Below, piece after piece: positions 1 through 7,456 of a stretch of 64,000 nt of DNA (position 1 is the first letter of the stretch; the number at the start of each line of letters is the position of its first letter). This DNA is from a virus (taxonomy: Duplodnaviria > Caudoviricetes). A program made the translations under genes and the position numbers. The notes beneath the pieces are model-generated. The model saw nothing but the letters and a program-made list of their open reading frames with translations, was not told the DNA's origin and searched no databases. The stretch covers positions 1-64,000 of the IMG/VR virus record IMGVR_UViG_3300042446_001529. One strand, given 5' to 3'.

Positions 1-88
1 CAGCAAGTAAGGCCTTGAGCGTGGCTTCGGAAGCTGCATTTTGAGCTTCAACTTGGCCAATTCCTGGGATGTCGATCATTACTGCCAT
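1..88 (-). CDS. 5' end of a probable tail tape-measure protein (runs off the window)
   Basis: ATG at 88 opens MAVMIDIPGIGQVEAQNAASEATLKALL; late-type TAAATA box upstream at 140-145; sits next to the hub/chaperone gene. Only ~29 codons are visible. Confidence 0.45.
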   Translation of the reverse strand, partial: MAVMIDIPGIGQVEAQNAASEATLKALLA

Positions 89-116
89 GGCTTATTTTTT
101 CCTGGATAAATGCGCA

Positions 117-145
117 TATAAATACACTTGCGTATTATATATTTA
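117..145. promoter_or_regulatory. Divergent pair of T4-type late promoters
   Basis: TATAAATA at 117-124 (+) ahead of 157; GGTAAATA on the minus strand (core 140-145) ahead of 88. T4 gp55 consensus is TATAAATA. Confidence 0.65.
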
Positions 146-156
146 CCGGAGATAAA

Positions 157-1020
157 ATGGACCAAATTCCTAATTACAGTCAGCAAAAAAAGAACCCGCT
201 GGCCAGCTTTTATAGACAGCCAAAGATCTATGTCAAACTACCAAGCAAAGGTGAATTCTATCCACCTGGCAGTTTGGATGTCAGTGCCAACGGAGAATAT
301 CCTGTTTATGCAATGACTGCCAAAGATGAACTGCTGTTTAAAACTCCGGATGCGCTGTTAAGCGGACAAAGCACAGTGGAATTGATTAAAAGCTGTATTC
401 CAGCGATAACCAATCCCTGGGCCATGCCAAACATAGATCTAGACTTTGCTTTGATAGCCATACGCATTGCTACCTACGGTGACAAGATGGAAGTGGGTTG
501 TAACTGTCCTCACTGCGAAGCTGAAAACAGCTACGACATCGATCTCACTGCTTGGTTTGGTGTGTTCAACAATTTCCATTATGAAAAAGATATACCGATA
601 GATCAACTAACAGTTCATGTGCGCCCGTATACCTACAAAGAAGTTACAAAAACTGCAATCCAGACCATGGAGCAGCAGAGAATATTTCAGATCATCAATG
701 ATGACACTCTCACAGACGAAGTCAAACTAGAAAGATTTGGTGTGAGTTTTATCAAACTCACAGAACTCACCGTGGATATCATTGCAGACTGTATCACTGC
801 CATAGATGCTCCAGAAGGCACAGTCACTGATCAAGCTATGATCAAAGAGTTTATTGCAAACTGTGCCAAAGATGTATTTGAAAAAATACAGAACCATGTG
901 ATACAGATGAAAGACAATATTCAGTTTGAAGCACAAAACGTTACCTGTGGAGAATGTAATAAGTCATTTAGCTTGCCTATTACAATGGATCAGGCAAATT
1001 TTTTCGCCGTAAAATCTTAA
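157..1020 (+). CDS. Baseplate hub assembly protein / tail chaperone (T4 gp26-like)
   Basis: LPSKG..Y motif, MTAKDELL, two CxxC pairs (CPHC, CGEC), C-terminal NFF; GGAG Shine-Dalgarno upstream. Confidence 0.75.
   Translation: MDQIPNYSQQKKNPLASFYRQPKIYVKLPSKGEFYPPGSLDVSANGEYPVYAMTAKDELLFKTPDALLSGQSTVELIKSCIPAITNPWAMPNIDLDFALIAIRIATYGDKMEVGCNCPHCEAENSYDIDLTAWFGVFNNFHYEKDIPIDQLTVHVRPYTYKEVTKTAIQTMEQQRIFQIINDDTLTDEVKLERFGVSFIKLTELTVDIIADCITAIDAPEGTVTDQAMIKEFIANCAKDVFEKIQNHVIQMKDNIQFEAQNVTCGECNKSFSLPITMDQANFFAVKS
996..1005 (+). other. Candidate -1 ribosomal frameshift slippery site
   Basis: A_AAT_TTT (996-1002) and T_TTT_TTC (999-1005) are in the correct phase; the -1 frame is open from 972 through 1232. 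Confidence 0.6.
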
Positions 1021-1028
1021 CGCTGTCC

Positions 1029-1232
1029 TTGCCGGAGATTTTACGAGAATCTGATCGCTTAGACAAAGAAGGCAAGGATCTCAAAAAAGAATGCATGAAA
1101 CTGTGTTGGTATATGCGTGGACTAAGTTTTGCTGAAGTCATGCACATGAGCTGGGACGAGCGAGAAATAATTGCAGAGATTGTTAAAGAAAATCTCGAAA
1201 CTACAAGAAAAACAGGACTGCCTTTCTTTTAG
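1029..1232 (+). CDS. gp51-like / tail-chaperone C-terminal extension, probably made by frameshift from the upstream gene
   Basis: TTG start with no Shine-Dalgarno; WYMRGLSFAEVMHMSWDERE resembles the short ORFs that follow gp26-like genes. Confidence 0.6.
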   Translation: MPEILRESDRLDKEGKDLKKECMKLCWYMRGLSFAEVMHMSWDEREIIAEIVKENLETTRKTGLPFF

Positions 1233-1654
1233 AGTGTGTTTCTATAAGACTTTAGAGCAAATAAGTCTTGACTGTCAAGAGGACTGCCTCGCAGCACTTT
1301 GTCAACAGTAGCACCTACTTCTTCATCGCTGATATCTGCACGATGAATTCTTAATTTCTGTAGGCCTGCTGTGTCCAACGGCTTACCGGACATGGCTTGA
1401 TCAATCAGGGTCTTAAGTTCGTTATTATCGGTGGGTGCTGAATCAGATTTAGTTTTAGATGATTTAGTACCACTAGGTTCAAACCATCTAGACGGAGTCA
1501 ATAGCTTATCCATCTTGTCTGCACCTTTGTCATACTGTATCTTGGCGTTGGTGCCGTCTAGCCATTTACTAGGACTTAATACTTTGTCCATCTTGGACTT
1601 GCCTTTCTCGTAGGCCACTGGTCCGACTTCTACTACAATGTCACGTATTTTCAT
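1229..1654 (-). CDS. Hypothetical protein, possibly head-packaged
   Basis: 141 aa; N-terminal MKIRDIVVE; internal duplications (YEKGKSKMDKVLSPSKW / YDKGADKMDKLLTPSRW); start overlaps the upstream stop. Confidence 0.6.
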   Translation of the reverse strand: MKIRDIVVEVGPVAYEKGKSKMDKVLSPSKWLDGTNAKIQYDKGADKMDKLLTPSRWFEPSGTKSSKTKSDSAPTDNNELKTLIDQAMSGKPLDTAGLQKLRIHRADISDEEVGATVDKVLRGSPLDSQDLFALKSYRNTL

Positions 1655-2550
1655 TTTCTAAACACGCTGATAGTGCCCTTTGATAATCCAGTTTCAAATA
1701 TTTTCTGCTTGTGCATTTCCACACGAGCTGCTAATGCTTCTGACAATGCATTTCCGTAATTGATCTTACTGGCGTTTTGTTGAGATAATTGATTTGCCAT
1801 ATTACCCATCACTGCATTGCCAACTTTGGATTGTTTGGCAGCTGCTGCTCTAGTTTCACGTCTACGTACGGCACTTGGTGTCATACTTGGACCAGCGCCT
1901 TTTACTCTACCACCTCTTTTCTTAGTTTGCTGTTGATTGGAATTGTCAGCTGGTAATGTTGTTGGTTCAGGTGCTGCTGTTGTTGCCGCAGCTGGCTCTA
2001 CTGCTGTTGTTGGTTCAGGTGCTGCTGTTGTTGCCGCAGCCGGCTCTACTGCTGTTGTTGGTTCAGGTGCTGCTGTTGTTGCCGGTGGTGCTTTAGGTAC
2101 AGGAGCTGCTACTGATTTCTGCAGCAATTGCAAAATTCGTTGCTTGCCTTTTTTATCTAATTTGTTTACGTTGGCTTTAACCTGTGCGTACACAGTTTGA
2201 TTGGCTTTTTCTTGTGACTGAGCTTGCTGTTTATCTACAACTGCTGTGGTTTTTGCTAGCGCCGAGCCAGCAGGTCCTTGTGCATTGATATCCTGTGCTG
2301 TTGGAGGAGGTGTAGAAGGAGCAGGGTCAGTATAGCCAGGCTGTCCTGCATTAGGATCAGGATCATCACCTACCACAGCTTTGCCGGTCTGATACCCTTT
2401 CTTAAGAGCACGTCCAGCACCTACTACACCGCCAGCTACAGCTCCTACGCCTTTAGCAACACCACCTACAAATTTGCCTATTCCACGGCTTATTGGCCCT
2501 TCGTCTAGCTGTTCAAGTTGTGATTCAGTTAATAGTTCGTTAATTCTCAT
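1651..2550 (-). CDS. Low-complexity Ala/Pro/Thr-rich protein, possibly head-packaged
   Basis: 299 aa; MRINELLTE N-terminus, Gly-rich amphipathic segment, late promoter upstream. Confidence 0.65.
   Translation of the reverse strand: MRINELLTESQLEQLDEGPISRGIGKFVGGVAKGVGAVAGGVVGAGRALKKGYQTGKAVVGDDPDPNAGQPGYTDPAPSTPPPTAQDINAQGPAGSALAKTTAVVDKQQAQSQEKANQTVYAQVKANVNKLDKKGKQRILQLLQKSVAAPVPKAPPATTAAPEPTTAVEPAAATTAAPEPTTAVEPAAATTAAPEPTTLPADNSNQQQTKKRGGRVKGAGPSMTPSAVRRRETRAAAAKQSKVGNAVMGNMANQLSQQNASKINYGNALSEALAARVEMHKQKIFETGLSKGTISVFRK
1957..2084. repeat. 48-bp in-frame tandem repeat, about 2.7 copies
   Basis: Unit TGTTGTTGGTTCAGGTGCTGCTGTTGTTGCCGCAGCYGGCTCTACTGC starts at 1957, 2005 and 2053; encodes TTAAPEPTTAVEPAAA. 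Confidence 0.95.
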
Positions 2551-2578
2551 ATCAAGGCATTCCTATTAGGTATAACTT

Positions 2579-2586
2579 TATTTATT
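2579..2586 (-). promoter_or_regulatory. Late promoter (AATAAATA)
   Basis: One mismatch from TATAAATA, ~29 nt upstream of the ATG at 2550. Confidence 0.55.
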
Positions 2587-2608
2587 AAAAACGAGCTTTC
2601 GCTCGTTT
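2585..2608 (-). terminator. Intrinsic terminator-like hairpin
   Basis: Minus strand AAACGAGC-GAAA-GCTCGTTT continuing into a U tract; closes the structured region. Confidence 0.65.
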
Positions 2609-3040
2609 GCGTTTTCGCTTGTCGCTCAACGCCTTTGTCTTCTTTTTAATAATTATTGACATTGTAATTGCGAAGCAATTCAAGTATTATGCAGATTGTT
2701 CAGTCACACTTTGCCCAGGCCGGGCAAAGATAAGAGCATTATGCGAGTTGCACAGTACACTCTAGCGTTACAGCATTACAGAGGCGGTCATCCGGTACCT
2801 CGAGCTGCGTCTTTATACGACGGCGGTGTATACATTTACGCTAACAAATGCACACACGTAGGGTATTTCTCCCTTCTTTTTGCCTTGTTTTTCTTTTCAA
2901 ATAACCAAATCGCAGGTCTTAGTAGCGATCGTCATCCTTTCGGGTAGTGGTTAAGCACCTTTGCGGCAAGGTTTTCCATCCCTGTGTACACGTAGACCAG
3001 GTTTAGAGCGCACGAAATTAAGCCTGCGCTAGCCAAAAAA
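2585..3040 (-). ncRNA. Putative large structured non-coding RNA (~450 nt), family not recognised
   Basis: About ten stems in a gene-free gap; GAAA tetraloops and G-U wobbles work only on the minus strand (e.g. GUGUGUGCAUUUG/UAAAUGUAUACAC at 2826-2857); long-range pairs CUAGCG/CGCUAG and UAACCA/UGGUUA. Confidence 0.7.
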
Positions 3041-3045
3041 CCGCT

Positions 3046-3480
3046 TTATTTTGCCTGAGATTGTTCTAGTAGACGCTGTCTAAGTATGTTTGAACCGCCG
3101 ACTCTGACGTTTATAATGCCATTATAATAGTCATCAGTTTCTAAAACTCTGCGTTCAAACTGTTCTCTTGCCTCTAAATAACTGAGTTCTGCCTTGGATT
3201 TACAAAGGTAAAGTATTTCTCTTGTGAAGTTTTCCGGACCTAATGATTGGACGTCTGCGTTTAACCTGTCAGATGAACCATAGTATTCTCGCCAATCGCT
3301 TTCTACTACACTTCTTCTTTTGAGTTTTTTGCCTTTGAGTGGGGGTTTAGTGCGTTTGAATTGTGCTAGTTTCTTGCCTATGTACTTCTGTCCGGTAGTT
3401 TTATTCGTGATTATATAAACAAAGCCAATATAGCCTTCTGGTATTTCGTCTATTATTTGATTTTGAAACGTCCATTGCAC
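3046..3480 (-). CDS. Stand-alone GIY-YIG family endonuclease
   Basis: GFVYIIT...KYIGKK motif, YYGSS, conserved Glu (YLEAREQ) and YYN; no C-terminal DNA-binding repeats; GTG start. Confidence 0.85.
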   Translation of the reverse strand: MQWTFQNQIIDEIPEGYIGFVYIITNKTTGQKYIGKKLAQFKRTKPPLKGKKLKRRSVVESDWREYYGSSDRLNADVQSLGPENFTREILYLCKSKAELSYLEAREQFERRVLETDDYYNGIINVRVGGSNILRQRLLEQSQAK

Positions 3481-3491
3481 TCTTTAATTAG

Positions 3492-3710
3492 TTAAAGCTT
3501 CTTGCCTCTCATGCCTTTTCTGGATTCTCGCTGTGCCTTTCGTTTATCTTGTATTTCTACTCTTATGATTGATGCCTGTGTGCGTATTTCTGATAGCCAT
3601 GATCTTGCTTTGATACCTGCTTCGTTGGATTTTTTGTGATGAAATCGATCCTGCCATTTAAAGTATTCTTGAAAGGCATGGATCATACGATCGTGTGCGT
3701 CCGAACTCAT
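3492..3710 (-). CDS. Small basic helical protein (possibly histone H1/Hc1-like nucleoid protein)
   Basis: 72 aa; NEAGIKARSWLSEI...RVEIQDKRK pattern and basic tail. Confidence 0.5.
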   Translation of the reverse strand: MSSDAHDRMIHAFQEYFKWQDRFHHKKSNEAGIKARSWLSEIRTQASIIRVEIQDKRKAQRESRKGMRGKKL

Positions 3711-5485
3711 GCCATAATCTCTATGTCATTGCTATAACTAGTGAATCCATTTTCTTTGATCACTTTCAGCACGTGATTAACACGACTGGTCAAATCATCT
3801 CTATGTGAAATCAAGAACACATTCTTGTCACGCTCACGAGTCATGCGTTTCAACACAGCAATACTGGATTCAACGCCACTAGCATCCATGCCCGAATCCA
3901 CAAGTTCGTCGATAAACAACAAATTAATACTGGTGTATAGATTTTCCCACACATCACGGAACGCCCACGACAAAGATAAGATCAATCTGTTACGTTCTCC
4001 ACGGCTTAGATTGTCAAAATCTAGATCTTGTCCTAGCTGTGTGATAACCACAGTTAAATCATTCTGAAACTCCACGGTGTGAGGCAATCCGATCTTGTCC
4101 AAATAGTAGGTCAAGCGTTGATTCAAGAACGCAAGATTCTGATCTATTATTCGTTTGCGAACAAAACTATCTTTGTTGGTCAATAACTTGTGCAAGAACT
4201 CTTGGTGATCTTTAACACGCACCAACTCGTTGAGTCCGTTCCAATCTATTTCCTGTACGGCTGTTTCTTTGAGTTCAACGATCTGATCATCATAGGGATT
4301 TTCTTCTGCTGTCTTGATTGTAATGTCACGTTCTAGGCTGTCTAGAGTATTTTTATGATTCAATGCTGCTTCTAAACTGTCGTAGATCACTGAGGGACAT
4401 GCTCCAAGATCGCCTAGCAGCGATATTGCTTCAGTGATCACACTGAGCTCTTCAAGATGTTCGTTGATAGCGCCACGGCTTTCTTCAATCTGTGCAGACT
4501 TAGCAGACATGATTTCATTATGCTTGGTATCGTGCAGCTCTTGTCCGCAGGTATGACATTTGTGTTCTGTTAGACTGACTAATTCTCGTTCCAGTTTGTC
4601 TAGAATACGCTGTTCTTTTTCCAAAGCTGAAGTTTGTTTAGCACTCAGTGATGCTAGACTTTCGTGTTCTTTTTTGTTTGTATTCCAATCTGCCAAAGCT
4701 CGCTGATTTACTATTTCTTGATCGATGTCAATGTCGCTGAGTCGATCTATGCTTTTAAGCAAATTGGTCAGAGCAGTTTCTTTCTGTTCTTCCCACATGC
4801 GTTGTTTGCGTATCAGCGACTCTATGCTTTGTTGTATTCTTTCGTTACTGGCTTTGACAGTTTCTATTCTTGTGTTTTCTGTTGCAATACTGTCTTTGCT
4901 GATCCTGATTGCATCTTTAAGTGCTTCTGCTTTTTCTGAAAGTATGGTAATGCCCAACAGCTGTTCGATAATAGCACGTTGATCTGCAGCCTTCATGCTC
5001 AAGAACGGTTCTGTGTAGGTGTTTAAAGCAATGAGATGTTTGAACATTTCGTGTTTCATGCCAAACACTTCTTCAATGGCCTTTTGTGTTTCTCTGCTGT
5101 CGCCTTGACTTTCGTCGAGGTCGCTAAGTTCTTGTTCCTGATCATTGATACTGAATCTCAGTAAATTAGGCTTGCGACCTCGCTCAATATGATACTTGAC
5201 ACCATCTTTTTCAAAAGTCACTGTACACAGCATGCCTTTACAGTTGATCTTGTTAATAAGATTGTCACGCTTGATGTTGGTTAAAGCCTGGCCATAGATA
5301 GCATAGCTCAATCCGTTGATGATAGTGGTCTTACCTGTGCCGTTTCTAGCACCCGAGTCATCGCCACCTAGGTCCAAGTTTTCACCTAAGACCAAAGTAA
5401 GTTGTCCGCGATCAAAATCTATGGCCTGGGTCTGATTGCCCACGCTCATGAAGTTGCGTACTGTGAGATTGTTGATTTTAATCAT
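3707..5485 (-). CDS. Recombination endonuclease ATPase subunit (T4 gp46 / SbcC / Rad50-like)
   Basis: Walker A NGTGKTT, coiled coil with CHTC zinc hook, LSRGE signature, Walker B LFIDE, ISH. Confidence 0.95.
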   Translation of the reverse strand: MIKINNLTVRNFMSVGNQTQAIDFDRGQLTLVLGENLDLGGDDSGARNGTGKTTIINGLSYAIYGQALTNIKRDNLINKINCKGMLCTVTFEKDGVKYHIERGRKPNLLRFSINDQEQELSDLDESQGDSRETQKAIEEVFGMKHEMFKHLIALNTYTEPFLSMKAADQRAIIEQLLGITILSEKAEALKDAIRISKDSIATENTRIETVKASNERIQQSIESLIRKQRMWEEQKETALTNLLKSIDRLSDIDIDQEIVNQRALADWNTNKKEHESLASLSAKQTSALEKEQRILDKLERELVSLTEHKCHTCGQELHDTKHNEIMSAKSAQIEESRGAINEHLEELSVITEAISLLGDLGACPSVIYDSLEAALNHKNTLDSLERDITIKTAEENPYDDQIVELKETAVQEIDWNGLNELVRVKDHQEFLHKLLTNKDSFVRKRIIDQNLAFLNQRLTYYLDKIGLPHTVEFQNDLTVVITQLGQDLDFDNLSRGERNRLILSLSWAFRDVWENLYTSINLLFIDELVDSGMDASGVESSIAVLKRMTRERDKNVFLISHRDDLTSRVNHVLKVIKENGFTSYSNDIEIMA

Positions 5486-6492
5486 AGTTCGTTATAGATG
5501 TCCAACAGTAGTTTTTTGTCATAGGTATCGCTGTCTATGTTATTGATCTGATTCATCACAATGGTATCCACTGATTCGAATGTGATGTCTATGGGATTAA
5601 CAGCACTTTCTACTTCTACCTTTTCTGGAATCAGCATGAGTTCACGCAGTTTATACTGCGGCATAAACTGTTCTTTGATGAAGTTTGCTTCTTCAAAGGT
5701 TATAGGCAAGTCAATGGTCACACGACAATGCATCTTTTCACGCAGCAACTTGTCTGGAGTGTCGATGATCTGACTCAGCTTATAGGTTCTATATATAGGT
5801 TGATCAGGCCAAGAATGGTATTCGGGCTTGCCGCCCCAATCCATGATCATCATGCCACGATCATCATCACCTGCATCTGCATAGTTATGCGGAAATGCAT
5901 TGCCTATGTAAACCACATTGCCTTTTTGTTGCCGCTTGTGAAAGTGTCCAGTAAACACCAATTCTTGATGCTGAAAATGTCCAGTCTGCAACTGACCGTG
6001 ATCAGGCATCTGCACCATAGCATTCATGTAAAAATGCGGCAGTTCAAGATGACCGAATATGTATCTACTTTTCAGTTGTTTTACCGTGGTCCATTCGTCA
6101 CCTATCAGCCAAGGCATGATAGTGACATCGCCTTCTGTGTGTAATTCACGTATGGGCACAATGTTAGGAAACAACCTCATAAACTCTACAGAGTTAATTT
6201 CACGCTTGTCTTTGTAGAATAAATCGTGATTGCCCAGAATGAAATAGACTTTTTCAAAGCTCTGACTGAGTTTTTCTAAGTTACTCACAGTATAATTCAT
6301 AGTGCTGACATCAGTGGTACTGCGATTATGATGCCAGTCACCTAGAAATATAGCTGTTTCGCAGCCTTGTGCTCGAGCTGTGTCACAGAACCAAGACACG
6401 AAATCTTCGCAGTCTTGATTGTGTGTACGACTTCCGGATTTTAATCCAAAGTGTATGTCAGTGAAGCATGCAACTTTCTTAAAGAGATTCAT
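5482..6492 (-). CDS. Recombination endonuclease nuclease subunit (T4 gp47 / SbcD / Mre11-like)
   Basis: Metallophosphoesterase motifs DIHFG, GDWHH, GNHD, GHFH; adjacent to gp46. Confidence 0.95.
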   Translation of the reverse strand: MNLFKKVACFTDIHFGLKSGSRTHNQDCEDFVSWFCDTARAQGCETAIFLGDWHHNRSTTDVSTMNYTVSNLEKLSQSFEKVYFILGNHDLFYKDKREINSVEFMRLFPNIVPIRELHTEGDVTIMPWLIGDEWTTVKQLKSRYIFGHLELPHFYMNAMVQMPDHGQLQTGHFQHQELVFTGHFHKRQQKGNVVYIGNAFPHNYADAGDDDRGMMIMDWGGKPEYHSWPDQPIYRTYKLSQIIDTPDKLLREKMHCRVTIDLPITFEEANFIKEQFMPQYKLRELMLIPEKVEVESAVNPIDITFESVDTIVMNQINNIDSDTYDKKLLLDIYNEL

Positions 6493-6498
6493 AGATTA

Positions 6499-6527
6499 AT
6501 TATAACAGAATGTAAATGTAAGGTCAA
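6499..6527 (-). promoter_or_regulatory. Sigma70-type promoter for gp47/gp46
   Basis: TTGACC (6527-6522), 17-nt spacer ending TGT, TATAAT (6504-6499); ATG only 6 nt downstream. Confidence 0.8.
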
Positions 6528-6529
6528 GT

Positions 6530-7372
6530 TCAATCTAAACTATCTGTGATAGTGACTGGGCCAGGAGCGTTTTTACCACCATTGGCACTGTTTTGGCGTG
6601 TCCATGAAGGATTCATACCATTCATTTCGAGAATGTCGTCTCGAATGTTTTGATTGCGCTTCTCCAGGTTGATAATTCTAACGAATGAATTAGTGACAGC
6701 AGCAGTATAGTAAGCAAAAGGATTATCAGATTTACTTTCATCGAATTGGAGTCCTATTTGAGTTAGTTGAAGAATGGCTTGACCTTTCATTTCATCATTG
6801 TATGTGTAGCCCCTGACGTTGCCTCTAGTGGCATATCTCTCACAGAGCTTGATAAACATGCGAGCTAGGTCGTTGGTCATTTGCCCGTGATCTTTGGAAA
6901 ACTCTCCACGATCTAGATCTCCTTTCCAATGACTTTTGCCCACACAGATCAAGTTGTCGTTGTCGTCATATTTCCAATGCTGAAAAGGCGGGAAGTTTAC
7001 TTTATCATGACTGTCAGCAGTGTTTTTAAGAGTTTTCTTACGGCCCGGCGCTAATGGTATGTGTGTAAAGGTCATCACACGAAAAACTAGATCTTGTTTC
7101 TTCACTTTGCGATAGTCTACTTCAAATTCTTTTGCAGGCATTTTTTTACCAGCTGCGGTCACAGCTGCTTCGTGCGCAGCTTTGGACATTTTAGATGCCC
7201 TATTTCGTTTGGCTTCTGCAATAGTTCGGATGTTCAGTTTGTCTAAGGTAGTAACGATTAGATCGTATTCTCCGTATGCAGGATCTGTGAAACTACTGTA
7301 GGTATTTTTGCTTAGATGTATTTCTCTTAGTAAATCTTTGTTGGTTAGATACTTAATTTTAGGCACAATCAT
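6530..7372 (-). CDS. Late-transcription sigma factor (T4 gp55-like)
   Basis: YLTNKDLL N-terminus, YTYNDEM..AI, FD..KS.NPFAYYT motifs; same gp55-gp47-gp46 order as T4. Confidence 0.85.
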   Translation of the reverse strand: MIVPKIKYLTNKDLLREIHLSKNTYSSFTDPAYGEYDLIVTTLDKLNIRTIAEAKRNRASKMSKAAHEAAVTAAGKKMPAKEFEVDYRKVKKQDLVFRVMTFTHIPLAPGRKKTLKNTADSHDKVNFPPFQHWKYDDNDNLICVGKSHWKGDLDRGEFSKDHGQMTNDLARMFIKLCERYATRGNVRGYTYNDEMKGQAILQLTQIGLQFDESKSDNPFAYYTAAVTNSFVRIINLEKRNQNIRDDILEMNGMNPSWTRQNSANGGKNAPGPVTITDSLD

Positions 7373-7420
7373 TAGTTAGAATTCTCCGTTATATGTTATA
7401 TAATAGCACATTTTTATCAT

Positions 7421-7428
7421 AATAAATA
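7421..7428 (+). promoter_or_regulatory. Late promoter (AATAAATA)
   Basis: Lies ahead of the baseplate operon starting at 7457. Confidence 0.6.
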
Positions 7429-7456
7429 GTCTATATGACAAGGAAATCTGCTCAAA

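Noticed and set aside
1957-2084. Possible CRISPR array
   Set aside because: Units are contiguous with no unique spacers and are in frame within a gene; no cas genes.
2696-2947. 83-aa plus-strand ORF in the intergenic gap
   Set aside because: TTG start, no RBS, opposite to both neighbours, no protein-like motifs; minus-strand RNA structure explains the region better.
2585-3040. Group I or II intron, RNase P RNA, tmRNA or tRNA as identity of the structured region
   Set aside because: No interrupted gene, and I could not find group II domain V, group I core, RNase P or tRNA-like signatures by eye; a covariance search is still needed.
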